Assembly (NCBI GenBank): GCA_965203175.1
Contig: OZ241867.1
Location: forward strand, 800,001 to 864,000
Length of the DNA: 64,000 nucleotides
Reading direction: 5' to 3'
From: Candidatus Latescibacterota bacterium
Lineage (GTDB): Bacteria > Latescibacterota > UBA2968 > UBA8231
The notes beneath the pieces are model-generated. The model was given only the letters and a program-made list of their open reading frames with translations. It did not search any database and was not told the origin of the DNA. The position numbers and the translations under genes are program-made. Shown one piece after another: positions 29,551 through 40,100 of the stretch (position 1 is the stretch's first letter; each line of letters opens with the position of its first letter).

Positions 29551-30768
29551 CTAAACCGTAACCCCTGCGCCGTCCAGACGGCGGCAGAGGCCAAAGGCAC
29601 CGAGCGCACCGAGCGCTGTGAGCGCCGTGCCTAGGTAGAAGGGCAGGGCGGCATTTATCTCGATCAAGTAGCCGCCGAGCAAGCTGCCGACCACCATCGA
29701 GCCGCTCCAAGCGAAGTGGCCCAAGCCGACGAGGCGGTTTTTTTCTTCGGGGGCGGCGACGTCGTTGATGAGCCGGGGAATCAGCGTCGAGACGGCCCAC
29801 GCCGTAGCGGTGAGAGCGGTACCGCAGGCAAAGAGGCCGACGAGGGAATCGTGCCACAGGGCCAGTCCCAAGGCGCTGAGGAAGACGCCAGACGCCGAGC
29901 CGAGGAGCGGTGCAGTGCGGCCGAGGCGGTCGTTGAGATAGCCGACGCTGAGCTGACAGCAGGCCGCCGCCACCAGCGAGAGGGAGGCAAAGAACGCGGG
30001 CAAGGCCTCGCTTCCGCCAACTCGATAGATCAACAGGGGCAGGGCCAGCGTCGCCATACCCCAGAAGGTAGTGATAGTCAGGCGCAGGCTGAGCAAAAGG
30101 TGCACATTGCGGCGGCCCAAAAGCGGTCGGTAGGCCGTCCACGTATTGAGACGCGCCGTCTGCGCCGTGGCGGGGGCAGGCGCGTCGCCGGGCAACAGCG
30201 CCAGCGCTACGGCAACTACCGCGACCATGCCGATGCACATGGCAGCGCCAATCTGGGCAAAGGAATAGGCGGTTTTAACCAAGCCGGTACAAAAACTGCC
30301 GAGCGCGTTGCCGAGCGTATTGCTGAGAAAGTACAAAGCGCCGCCCAAACCGAGTCGAGCGGGACTGACTGAGGTAATGAGAATGCTCTGTCCGGCCGTG
30401 GACCAAGGGCCGCTGGCCGCGCCCATCACCAACAGCAGGCACGAGAGTCCCCAAGGATCTGCGGTGCGAAAGACCAAGCCGGTGAACGCGCTGCCGATGA
30501 GGCCAATCATCAGGGTTGTCTTGCGGCCAAAGCGGTCGCAGAGCCGGCCGGCGACCACGGCAAATATCCCCCCCAAGAACAGCATGAGCCCGCGCAGATA
30601 GCCGGTAAACCACGGAGGCCGCGCCAAATCGGCTTCGATATAAACGGGGAAGAGCGCTTGGAAGGGGGCGACGAGGAAGCTCTCGAAAAAGTAAATCAAA
30701 CAAAGGGCCAGGAAGGCGCGGCTGAGCAGCCCGCCTTCCTGGCCCGTGGTCGCGGATGTTGAGTCCAA
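29551..30768 (-). CDS. MFS transporter
   Basis: Motif A GRLCDRFGRK and GYLNDRLGR; hydrophobic throughout. Confidence 0.88.
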   Translation of the reverse strand: MDSTSATTGQEGGLLSRAFLALCLIYFFESFLVAPFQALFPVYIEADLARPPWFTGYLRGLMLFLGGIFAVVAGRLCDRFGRKTTLMIGLIGSAFTGLVFRTADPWGLSCLLLVMGAASGPWSTAGQSILITSVSPARLGLGGALYFLSNTLGNALGSFCTGLVKTAYSFAQIGAAMCIGMVAVVAVALALLPGDAPAPATAQTARLNTWTAYRPLLGRRNVHLLLSLRLTITTFWGMATLALPLLIYRVGGSEALPAFFASLSLVAAACCQLSVGYLNDRLGRTAPLLGSASGVFLSALGLALWHDSLVGLFACGTALTATAWAVSTLIPRLINDVAAPEEKNRLVGLGHFAWSGSMVVGSLLGGYLIEINAALPFYLGTALTALGALGAFGLCRRLDGAGVTV

Positions 30769-30771
30769 GGG

Positions 30772-31731
30772 TTATTTCTTGCTGGCGGCGACCGAGTTTT
30801 TGAGGACGCCGATCCCAGAAATTTCAATTTCGACCTTGTCGCCCTTTTTCATAAAGGTGCCGGTGGTCGCGCCGACGCCCGATATGGTACCGGTGCTGAT
30901 CAGGTCGCCCGGTTCTAGGGTAATAATCGCCGAGATGTACTCGATGATCCTATTAACCGGATAGAGCATCTGGCCGGTGTTGTTGTGTTGCTTGCGCTCG
31001 CCATTGATGTACGTGCTGATGTCGAGGACTTGCGGATTCTTGATCTCGTCCGCGGTGACGATCCAAGGTCCCTGCGGGGCAAAGGTGTCGAGCCATTTGC
31101 CGTTGAGCCAGTCGAACCACTCGTCGCGCGGGCGGCTGTCAGTGCGCTTCTTGATGACCAACTCGCGCTCGGATACGTCGTTCATAACGGTGTATCCAGC
31201 CACGTATCTGAGCGCGTCCTTGGCTTTGACGCCCTTGGTCTTGCGACCAATGACCACGGCCAACTCGCCTTCCCAGTCGATGCTGTTGGCGATCGGGGGA
31301 ATGAGGATGCGGTCCCCGGGGCCAATGACCGTGGTCGTCGGCGGCTTCATAAAGACGCGCGGGGTTTCCTTGTCTTGGGCATCCATTTTACCGCCGCCCT
31401 CTTCGATGTGGTCTTGGTAGTTGCCAGCCAAGCAGAACACCTTGCGCGGGTTGGGCACGGGAGCGCGGAGGCGGACCTTGCTGAGGGCGTGGATAGTTTT
31501 GCCGTTGGGTTCCTTATCCTCGGCATACGCCGCGGCCTGTTTGGCGGCGCGCAGGCCCTTAGCACCAGCGCCGAGCAGCGCGAGCATGTCGCTAAAGAAG
31601 GGATGAGTCTTGCGCTTTTCACGGCGAGCCAAGATGCGATCGACAGCGGCGAGGTCCACGACGATATTGTCGTCGCCGACGACTGCGCCCACGCGCTGTT
31701 CGCCAGCGGCAGAGTACGTGGCTAGTTTCAC
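30772..31731 (-). CDS. Fumarylacetoacetate hydrolase family protein
   Basis: AGNYQDH, DWEGELAVVIG, NDVSER, LEPGDLISTGT; GTG start at 31731 after GGAGG. Confidence 0.92.
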   Translation of the reverse strand: MKLATYSAAGEQRVGAVVGDDNIVVDLAAVDRILARREKRKTHPFFSDMLALLGAGAKGLRAAKQAAAYAEDKEPNGKTIHALSKVRLRAPVPNPRKVFCLAGNYQDHIEEGGGKMDAQDKETPRVFMKPPTTTVIGPGDRILIPPIANSIDWEGELAVVIGRKTKGVKAKDALRYVAGYTVMNDVSERELVIKKRTDSRPRDEWFDWLNGKWLDTFAPQGPWIVTADEIKNPQVLDISTYINGERKQHNNTGQMLYPVNRIIEYISAIITLEPGDLISTGTISGVGATTGTFMKKGDKVEIEISGIGVLKNSVAASKK

Positions 31732-31818
31732 AATTTCCTCCGTATGCAAAGGGTTTCTGCGCCGACCCTTCGGTCGGTGCATTGGTAAATAGATAGGGAC
31801 AATTTATATTCGATCAGC

Positions 31819-32385
31819 ATGGCAAAAGAATACTTCATCCATCCCAGCACCTGCGTCGATGAGCCGGTCGCCATTGGCGCGGGAACCCATATATGGCATT
31901 TCTGCCACCTGATGCCCGACGCCCAAATCGGCCAAAACTGCAATCTTGGCCAGAACGTCTATGTCGATCGCGGCGTGGTGATCGGCGACGGCTGCAAAAT
32001 ACAGAACAACGTCTCGATCTACAAGGGAGTCACGCTCGAAGACGAGGTCTTCTGCGGCCCATCAATGGTATTCACCAACGTCGTCAACCCCCGCTCCTTT
32101 GTCGACCGCCGGCACGAGTTCCAAGAGACGCGGGTGCGCAAAGGGGCTTCGCTGGGAGCCAATTCGACCATCGTCTGCGGCGTCGAAATCGGCGAGTACG
32201 CCCTCATTGGTGCCGGAGCGGTCGTAACCCGCGACGTGCCGGCCTATGCGCTGATAACCGGCGTACCTGGGCGACAGACGGGCTGGGCCTGCCGCTGCGG
32301 TGTCACGCTGAGCAGTAACCTAGTCTGTGCGGAGTGCGGAGCGGGCTACGAGGAAGAAGCGGGGCGGCTGCGACCGCTGGGTTGA
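31819..32385 (+). CDS. Hexapeptide-repeat N-acetyltransferase (WbpD-like)
   Basis: IWHFCH, LGQNV, KIQNNVS, GPSMVFTNV, C-terminal CxC..CxxC. Confidence 0.9.
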   Translation: MAKEYFIHPSTCVDEPVAIGAGTHIWHFCHLMPDAQIGQNCNLGQNVYVDRGVVIGDGCKIQNNVSIYKGVTLEDEVFCGPSMVFTNVVNPRSFVDRRHEFQETRVRKGASLGANSTIVCGVEIGEYALIGAGAVVTRDVPAYALITGVPGRQTGWACRCGVTLSSNLVCAECGAGYEEEAGRLRPLG

Positions 32386-32391
32386 GACCAC

Positions 32392-33255
32392 TCAATCCGT
32401 CGGAAACGACAGCGGAATAGTCGGCTCCTGGTCCTGATGACGAGTGCGCGACTCGATCTTCATCGCGTGGTATTCCTCGACAAATTCGGCCAAGTTTCGG
32501 CTCGCCTCCTCAAAGACGATTTTGCCCTTTTCGGCCGTGGCCTTCTCCGCCTCGCCCATCACCCCGGTATCCGAATACTGACTCGTCCACTCGATCAAGC
32601 CCATCGGCCCGTGTGAAAACAAATCGGTGTACAAGAACTTGGAGCCGAGCTTGTTCGTCTTGGCGATTTCGCTCTTGATCTTGTCCTGGCGCACGCTCTC
32701 CGGCGCCAGATACAGCAGCATTGAAGTCTCCAACTCGCACGCGTGTGAGCAGCCGCCCGGGAACACGCTCTCGCGCCACTCTTTGTCGAAGTCGGGATGG
32801 ACTCTGAGCAAATGCCACCACGAGCAAAACGTGCAGCTCGCGTCGGTCTCCACTATCGTGCGCCGCGCGACCATGTCCACGAGGTTGTGGTTGGACCCGT
32901 GGCCATTGACGAGGATCATCTTCTTGAAGCCGTGATAGGCCAAGCTCTTGGTGATGTCGAGCACGTATTGGATGAAGTGCTCGTAGTGAATGTTGAGCGA
33001 ACCCGGAAAGTCCATTACGTGATGGACATAGCCGTAGCTCACCGGCGGCAGGACCAGGGCGAGCTCGGGCTTTAGGCGCGCGGCTTCCGTCGCCACCGCA
33101 TTGGCACACAGGTGATCCACCTTGAGCGGGAGGTGGTGGCCGTGTTGTTCAACCGAGCCAGTGGGTATGATGGGAATTTTGCCCATGGCCACAGCTTGGT
33201 TGACTTCGGGCCAAGTAAGCTCGTCGAACTTGTAAATTTCAGCTACGTCAGGCAT
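32392..33255 (-). CDS. Creatininase family amidohydrolase
   Basis: GSVEQHGHHLP..D, NGHGSN, HACELETS; start MPDVAE at 33255. Confidence 0.92.
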   Translation of the reverse strand: MPDVAEIYKFDELTWPEVNQAVAMGKIPIIPTGSVEQHGHHLPLKVDHLCANAVATEAARLKPELALVLPPVSYGYVHHVMDFPGSLNIHYEHFIQYVLDITKSLAYHGFKKMILVNGHGSNHNLVDMVARRTIVETDASCTFCSWWHLLRVHPDFDKEWRESVFPGGCSHACELETSMLLYLAPESVRQDKIKSEIAKTNKLGSKFLYTDLFSHGPMGLIEWTSQYSDTGVMGEAEKATAEKGKIVFEEASRNLAEFVEEYHAMKIESRTRHQDQEPTIPLSFPTD

Positions 33256-33278
33256 GGGATCTCCTTTGATATGTTTGC

Positions 33279-33914
33279 TCAAGGCAAGCCGAGCGTCTTG
33301 TGGATGCGAGTGGAGAGGCGCCAGCGCGGATGGCGCTTGAGGATCTCAAGGGCCTTCTGCACGTAGCGCGGCTCAGAGGATTCGGGCTGCAAATAGACGT
33401 AGTCGGCGCGGTGCTCCTCAACGCGCTCCTCGCGAAAAGCCCTGCCGACGACGTATTTGAGCTCGGTAATGCGCGCAAAACCAGCGACGACCGGGTAGCA
33501 CTTCGGCGACACAGTCCAGTGGTCAATCCGCTCAAATAGCACCGGATCGGGCACAATAGTACCGTTGGTCTCAATGTGGAGCTTGTAGCCCGCTTCCTTG
33601 AGCCGGCCAGCCAGCGCCACGAGATTTTGGCCCAGAGGCTCGCCGCCGGTCAAGCACACCCATTCGGCCGGGTGGCGCGCCACCTCCGCAGCAATGTCCT
33701 CGATGTTCATGGGCGTGAAGCGGTCGAACTCCGTGTCGCAGAACGGGCAGCGCAAATTGCAGCGCGCCAAGCGCACAAAAGTGGTAGGTTCGCCGACGCG
33801 CAGGCCCTCGCCCTCAATCGAGTAGAATATCTCGTTGATCTGCAGGACGCGCCCCGAGTCGTTCCACACCGGCAGGCGCTCGGCGCGCTCTTCGGCTGGC
33901 ATCTGGGCGGTCAC
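33279..33914 (-). CDS. queE: 7-carboxy-7-deazaguanine synthase (radical SAM)
   Basis: EIFYSIEGEG, CNLRCPFCDT, LTGGEP, IETNG, VSPK; adjacent to queC. Confidence 0.92.
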   Translation of the reverse strand: MTAQMPAEERAERLPVWNDSGRVLQINEIFYSIEGEGLRVGEPTTFVRLARCNLRCPFCDTEFDRFTPMNIEDIAAEVARHPAEWVCLTGGEPLGQNLVALAGRLKEAGYKLHIETNGTIVPDPVLFERIDHWTVSPKCYPVVAGFARITELKYVVGRAFREERVEEHRADYVYLQPESSEPRYVQKALEILKRHPRWRLSTRIHKTLGLP

Positions 33915-34579
33915 GGCGTCTGCTCACCAGCGGCATACGCCAGAGGGTCACAGGCTCGGTTCTCCGCAAAGGCCGCGAGCCGCTCGCAGCAGGCGTCGCA
34001 CACGCCACAGGCCGGCCGCAAGCCCTCATAGCAGGTGTGGGTCTCGTCGTAGGGAACGCCGAGTTTGAGCCCGAGGGCCACGATGTCCCGCTTCCACAGC
34101 TTGACGAAGGGGGTGTGGATCGCCCAAGGCGCGTCGCGGGCAGCCCCCAAGCGCAAGCTCTGCGCAAGGCTGTCGTAAAAGGGGCGACGGCAGTCTCGGT
34201 AGGCCGCGTAGTCGTCTTTGACCGGTGCCATATACAGATCGACAATGCCCTTGGTTGCGCAATATGCCGCCGCCAGCGTCGCAAAGAGCATGTTGCGGAA
34301 GGGAACCACGGTGTCGCGTTGGCGTTTAGATTCAGCGGTGGGCACGTCCACCGTGGGATCGGTCAGCGGGTTGCCCCCTAGAGCCGTCAAGTCCAACGCC
34401 AGCGTCTCGTGAGCCGCGACCTCGGCGAGGCGGGCGAGGCGGGCGGCGCATTCCAACTCGACGCGGTGGCGCTGGCCGTAGTCAATGCTAATGGCGTAGA
34501 TGGGGCCTTGTTGCCGCGCTTTTAGCCACCAAAGCAAGGTGGTCGAGTCCATCCCGCCGCTGAGTAAAATGGCCGTCAT
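33911..34579 (-). CDS. queC: 7-cyano-7-deazaguanine synthase
   Basis: LSGGMDST, YGQRH, VPFRN, YRDC, TCY...CGVCDAC. Confidence 0.95.
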   Translation of the reverse strand: MTAILLSGGMDSTTLLWWLKARQQGPIYAISIDYGQRHRVELECAARLARLAEVAAHETLALDLTALGGNPLTDPTVDVPTAESKRQRDTVVPFRNMLFATLAAAYCATKGIVDLYMAPVKDDYAAYRDCRRPFYDSLAQSLRLGAARDAPWAIHTPFVKLWKRDIVALGLKLGVPYDETHTCYEGLRPACGVCDACCERLAAFAENRACDPLAYAAGEQTP

Positions 34580-34641
34580 AAAGCATAAAATAGGCCACCG
34601 CGCAAAAAACGTAAGCCTTGCGCGCGGGCGCATCCTCTGTA

Positions 34642-34670
34642 TTGACAGTATTTTGACTCAGTTGGATATT
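34642..34670 (+). promoter_or_regulatory. Possible sigma-70 promoter for the DUF502 gene
   Basis: TTGACA-17 nt-GATATT in an AT-rich divergent intergenic region. Confidence 0.35.
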
Positions 34671-34704
34671 CAAAAAATGTCAATTTATATAAGGTATTCA
34701 CGCT

Positions 34705-35370
34705 ATGAGTGATACGCCTCCGCGCAAAAGCCCTACTCGGCTACAGCGGCTTCGGCGCACGATAATGGCCGGCCTGACGATCATTGTGCCCCTGTGGCTT
34801 ACTGGCTGGGTGCTCAAGTTCCTGTTCGACTGGGCCGACGGTTTCTCCGCGCCGTTGATTCGCCAACTGGCGAGGCCGTTCGTCGACGATCCCGACTTCC
34901 ACATCCCCGGCTTGGGCTTTGTGCTGACCTTTATCATTCTATGGGTCGTCGGCGCGCTCGCCACCAACGTGGTTGGCCGCAGCCTGTGGCAATTCGCGCG
35001 CGAAGCACTAGAGGGCCTGCCGTTGGTGCGCACGATCTACGCACCCATACAGCAACTCGTGGAGTCGCTCACCTCCCCGGGCAAGGCTGGCTTCGAGAAA
35101 GTCGTACTCGTCGAGTACCCGCGCATCGGGATGTGGACTTTGGGCTTTTTGGCCGGGAACGTCCCCCGCGAGGACGAAGCAGCGCCGGCGCACAGCATCT
35201 TCGTGCCCACCGCGCCCAATCCCACCACCGGCTTCATGCTCATCGTGCCGCCCGAACAATTGCGCCCCACCGATCTCCGCGTTGAAGAGGCCCTAAAAAT
35301 GATCGTTTCGGCTGGCGTCGCTGTGCCTCCGGCCCTCTTCCTTCACGCCGAAGCTGAAGAGAAGGTATGA
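34705..35370 (+). CDS. DUF502 family membrane protein
   Basis: GLxIIVPLxLT, LPLVRTIY, VVLVEYPR, FVPTAPNPTTGF. Confidence 0.92.
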   Translation: MSDTPPRKSPTRLQRLRRTIMAGLTIIVPLWLTGWVLKFLFDWADGFSAPLIRQLARPFVDDPDFHIPGLGFVLTFIILWVVGALATNVVGRSLWQFAREALEGLPLVRTIYAPIQQLVESLTSPGKAGFEKVVLVEYPRIGMWTLGFLAGNVPREDEAAPAHSIFVPTAPNPTTGFMLIVPPEQLRPTDLRVEEALKMIVSAGVAVPPALFLHAEAEEKV

Positions 35371-35472
35371 GCCCTTTTCTTGCGATTTTCGGGTGCTTTC
35401 GTTATTCTGCTAGAAACTTAGGGCGTCCCTTTCGCGTCCCAATAGAAGCCCTTCGCATACTGAGGAGATGAT

Positions 35473-36150
35473 GTGATGTTTTCGTTTCTTTTCAATCCGT
35501 TTTTCATTATACCGATGATCTTGGTCGCCTGGGCCCAGATGCGGGTCCGCAGCGCCTTCAAGAAGTACAGCCAAGTGGCTTCGGCCGCACAGCTTTCGGG
35601 CGCTGAGACCGCGCGGCGCATCCTGCACCAGCAACGCATCTACGACGTGTCGGTCGAGGAGACGGGCGGGATGCTTTCCGATCACTACGATCCGCGCGCC
35701 AAAGCCGTGCGCCTCTCTTCGGACAACTTCCACGGACACCATCTAGCCGGCTTGGCCGTGGCAGCGCACGAGGTCGGCCACGCGATCCAACACGCCCACG
35801 GCTACATGCCGCTCAACTTTCGGCACGCGATCCTACCCGTCGCCAACTTGGGCTCGTCTCTGTGCTTTCCCCTGATTATAGCGGGGGTGTTCTTCCAAGC
35901 CACCGGCCTGATGACTATCGGCATCATGTTCTTCGCCGGCGCAGTGCTGTTCCAACTCGTCACCCTGCCGGTGGAGTTCAACGCCAGTTCGCGGGCCATG
36001 GCCATCCTCTCGCAGGGCTACCTAGCCAACGACGAGGTGCGCTCGGCCCGGAGAGTGCTCAATGCCGCGGCCATGACCTATGTGGCAGCAGCCGCGACCG
36101 CCGTGCTACAGCTAGTGGGTTTTTTGCTCATGCGCGGTTCAGACGAATAA
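35473..36150 (+). CDS. Neutral zinc metallopeptidase (YugP-like, membrane-bound)
   Basis: LSDHYDP, AAHEVGHAIQH, LPVEFNAS, AAAMTYVAAA. Confidence 0.92.
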   Translation: MMFSFLFNPFFIIPMILVAWAQMRVRSAFKKYSQVASAAQLSGAETARRILHQQRIYDVSVEETGGMLSDHYDPRAKAVRLSSDNFHGHHLAGLAVAAHEVGHAIQHAHGYMPLNFRHAILPVANLGSSLCFPLIIAGVFFQATGLMTIGIMFFAGAVLFQLVTLPVEFNASSRAMAILSQGYLANDEVRSARRVLNAAAMTYVAAAATAVLQLVGFLLMRGSDE

Positions 36151-36174
36151 CAGCAGATGCGGCAAGAAGCTCCG

Positions 36175-36210
36175 AGGCCCCTCGCCCTTGCGGGCAGGGG
36201 CCTTTTGTTT
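36175..36210 (+). terminator. Rho-independent terminator
   Basis: gaggcccct...aggggcctt hairpin followed by ttgttt. Confidence 0.7.
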
Positions 36211-36337
36211 ATGGGCTAGCAACTGCGTTTCGCTATATTATGTTTCTATTGTCGTCTATAAAAGAGGACTATTTCCCCTCCCTTATGGTGTTATATATGG
36301 CACACGCCTTCCATCCTACCCACAGGAGAGTGCGAGC

Positions 36338-37168
36338 ATGATTTTGCTCTTATGTGCATTGCTCGTCAGCGCGGCGAGCGTTAGTGCCGATGTGTATTTC
36401 GAGGAAGAGGTCGTCAATCGAGGCTTTGGCAGAGACAAAACTGGAGCGCGCAAAACGACCAACAAAATCTACATCAAGGGCAAAAGCCAGCGGGTCGAGC
36501 AGCAAATTGAGGTCGACGCGAAAATGGCAAAGGCCCTCCGACGGCAGGGCCAGTCCCTCAATACCAGCACCATTTTGCGGCTAGACCAAGCACAGGTGTA
36601 CGAAATCGACCTGACGGCACAGACCTTCGTCCAGCAGAAGGCTCCTCCGGCGCGCAAGGCCGTTGCCAAGCCGGAAGCCGTTCCCGGCGGGCCGCAGAGA
36701 GCCCTTGCGGTTAAGGTGCCGGGAGACACAGAGCGCATCGCTGGAATTCCCTGTCGGCGGGTCGTCGCACAGATGCGCGCCCGCTACCTCGACCCCAAAA
36801 CCCAAGAGATCCGCCGCGAAAACCGCTATACGTACGATGCCTGCATTGCCAAGGATTTCCCCGGCTTTCAGGAGATCACAGCGTTTATGGCCTTGCAGGA
36901 CGCCAGCACGTCCTATCCGTCGCTAATCGCCGGAGGGCTGGAAGGGTTGGACGACCACGAAGCTCTAAGCGAGGAGCTAGAAAACGCCGAGGAACTCAAA
37001 GGCTTCGCCCTGCGCTCGACCTTGACGGCCTCAGTCAAGCTCCCCGGAAAAGAGAAGCCCAGCCAAGTATTCCGCTTAGACCGCAAGATCAAGACCATGG
37101 CGTACGCGCCGTTACCCGACTCGCTCTTCCACGTGTCTAAGGCCCTGACCCGCCTCGAATCCGAATGA
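36338..37168 (+). CDS. Secreted hypothetical protein (DUF4412-like)
   Basis: Signal-peptide-like MILLLCALLVSAASVSA; beta-rich; GDTERIAGIPC motif. Confidence 0.6.
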   Translation: MILLLCALLVSAASVSADVYFEEEVVNRGFGRDKTGARKTTNKIYIKGKSQRVEQQIEVDAKMAKALRRQGQSLNTSTILRLDQAQVYEIDLTAQTFVQQKAPPARKAVAKPEAVPGGPQRALAVKVPGDTERIAGIPCRRVVAQMRARYLDPKTQEIRRENRYTYDACIAKDFPGFQEITAFMALQDASTSYPSLIAGGLEGLDDHEALSEELENAEELKGFALRSTLTASVKLPGKEKPSQVFRLDRKIKTMAYAPLPDSLFHVSKALTRLESE

Positions 37169-40100
37169 AGAGGAAGCTGCTCTGGGCGGTGGCCGTTTTG
37201 GGTGCCGTCCTCGTCCTCGTCGCGGTCACGCCCATAGGGCCTGCCGCACTTGCGCACCTGCTAGAGCGCGGAGTTGGGGGATGGCAGGTTTCCATCGGCA
37301 GTCGTAGGGGGGGCTTGCTCTACGCGTTTTCCTTTTCCGACGTGTACTGCAAAAACCCCGCGCTAGGGGTGACCGTCAATGCCGAGTACATCGCCGCGTG
37401 GCCGTGGTCTTGGGAAGCCGACATACAGGCACCCAAGGTGCGGATTGAGCCAGGCACCGGGGCCGATTCAACTTCCGCAGCCACGGACATCGAGCTACCC
37501 CTTGCCTTCTTCCCCAATCTCAACGCGAAAGCCGGTGCGCTCGACTGGCAGTTGGGCGAAACGCGGATCGTGGCGCGGGACTGGCACGGCGCATATCGCG
37601 CAGTAGCAGACACCTCGGCGCACTTAGAGCTAACCTTGTCCGAATTGCAGGGCGTACCGCTGCGCTCACTAACGCTAGATCTAGCGCTCAGTCCGCACCG
37701 CATTGACCGCGGAGAGATACGGGCCGTGGGTGCTAGCGATAGCATAAGAACCGACCTGCACGCCTCGTTTGCCTTGGGGCTGAAGTTGCCGCGGCCTTTG
37801 CAGGTGGACGCCACGGCGACGGTGGTGACCGATTCCGCGCGGGGTTCCCTAGCAGCGGAGGTAGACGGGGCATTGACACCCCTGCAACTGCGCGGGACGC
37901 TCAGAGGGAAGGGAAGCGCACCGACGATCTCCGCAGTGGATCTGCGAGGGGACATGCGCGCCAACAGCACGCGCATAGTAGTGGATTCTCTGCTCGTCTC
38001 TTTGTTCGACGGCACCCTGACGGGCGAGGTGACTTATTTTTCCACTCGCGACAGCTTGCATACCCAACTACGGGGCGAGGGATTTGACCTCGCGCTCGCG
38101 GCTCCCTTTGCCGGACGGGCGGAATTCGATCTAGCGGCTGGGGTGCATTTGCAGCACTGGCGCTATGCAGCGGACTTTGCCGCCCTCCTGCGCGATGTAG
38201 AACTAATTTCCGATCAGCGGTTCGACGCCGAGATAACGGGTTGGCATCGGCCCGATGGGGCGACTCGTATCGACCTGCAATCGCCCGTACTAGATTTAGT
38301 AGCCACCGGCTCTTCCAGCTTAGCGGGGGATTACGACCTCGCGCTAAAGGGCGCGTTGCAGGCGGCGTCCTTTTTGCGCGGCGCAGCGCCCATAACCCTC
38401 GACGGGCGGGCCAAGCCTGATACTCTAGCGTTACAGCTAGCGACCAGCCATCTCCCCGGCGAATTGGGCGAGCAATTCGGTCCGCTCGCGGCCGATCTAC
38501 ACCTATTTGCCAATCGCTATCTCGCGGCCGACCTGCGCTTAGAGCGCGATCTCCTAGTAGCGCGGGCAGACATCGACCTAGCAAACAGCGAGATCGATAC
38601 GCTGGTGGCGGATGTGAATGGACTGGCAGTGGAGCGGGTCATGCCCGAGTTGGGCGGGCGGCTCGACGCGGATTTGCGCGGGGCGGGTGGGCTATCGCTC
38701 GACGCGTTGCAGCTGGACGGGCGCGCTGCGACCTCGTCGCTAGAGTACGCGGGGTGGCAGACCGGCGAGCTCGCGCTGAACGTGGGATGGGATCGAGGCA
38801 CCGCGCAGGTAGCCGGTGGCGGACCGGGCGTAAGCTTACGGGCGGAACTGGACGCGACCGGGTACTTAACGGCTCAAGCAGATTTTGCCGATACCTTGTT
38901 GCGGGGGGTAGGTGACGCAGTGGGAGCAATAGGCGCAGCGGGCGGTACGTTGCGGTGGGAGGGGCCGCTAGATGACCTAGATGTGGCCCAAGGGGGCCTC
39001 GCACTCAATTCGCTCTCGCTGCGGCTGGGGGAATGGACGCTGCAAAACTACGGTCCCCTCCAAGCCGACTATGGCGACGGGTACCTAAATCTCGCGGCGG
39101 TAAACCTGCAAACGCCAATCGGCCTAGTCGGCCTTTCGGGTTGGGTCGGCAGGGATTCGCTCTCCGTTGCAGCGGAATTATCCACTCTTGAGTTGTCCAA
39201 CCTCGCGTCCGACCTCAGCGCGACGGGCGGCGGGCATCTGCGGGTCAGCGGCCCCCTAGCAAAGCCAGAGGCACAGGGCGCGGTGACGCTGGCGGAGATG
39301 CACCTCGACACCCTCGCCCTCGGCAATGCTCGGCTGCGCCTCGCGCTGGAGGACTCGCTCGTGGCCGAGTTCAGTGCCGATGCCGGTGTGCGTCTCGCAC
39401 TCACCTGCCCAGCCGCACCGCTCTTCGAGCCGGGGGCAGCCCCCGCACAGCTCGCAATCGAGGCGAAGGCGGCCGACTTGGGCCCAGTGCTCAGCTATGC
39501 TTTGGGACGCTCGATGTACGGGCGGCTCGACCTCGACGGGCACTTAGAAGCGGCCTTCGAGGACTCCATGCCGAGCTGGCGGGACTTGGCCGGGTATATC
39601 GACGTGCGCGGCTTGGTCATCGAAAGCCAAGCCACAGCCGACTCGCTGCGGCTGGATCTCCTGTCCGGGGGACATTTCGCGTTCGGCGAGGGCCGCGTGG
39701 TCCTGGACTCCGTGGCGATTGGCTTGCAGCGCTACGACCGCGATCGTCGCGCCCTGCAACCGGCTGGCACTCTGCGGCTGGCGGGCCAACTAGTGGACAC
39801 CAAGCCCTCGCAGATTGAGTTGGCCCTCGAAAACGCGGACTTGGCTTTCTTCGGCGGCCCCAAGGGACTGGTCCAACTCGACGCCGAGGTCCGCGGCACG
39901 ACATCCGCTCCTCAAGTTACCGCCGATCTAGCCGTGGAAACCGCGGACTTGGGCAGGCTACGCGGCCAGCTCGTCGGCGACCGGGACGGCGGCGATTGGC
40001 ACTTGAACTGGACGACCTTACTCGACGACAGCCTCACCGTGATCGGTCGAGTGCCCTGGGATTTACAGGCCGGCACCCTCTCCTTAGACGAGAGCTGGCT

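Noticed and set aside
33279-34579. Dpd (7-deazaguanine DNA modification) defence island
   Set aside because: No dpdA/tgt-like or other dpd genes nearby; the context is housekeeping.
34580-34700. preQ1 riboswitch upstream of queC
   Set aside because: An AGAGG is present, but the matching stem, loop and A-rich tail of preQ1-I are not.
36298-36312. Second sigma-54 promoter (TGGCACACGCCTTCC)
   Set aside because: It lacks the conserved -12 GC.
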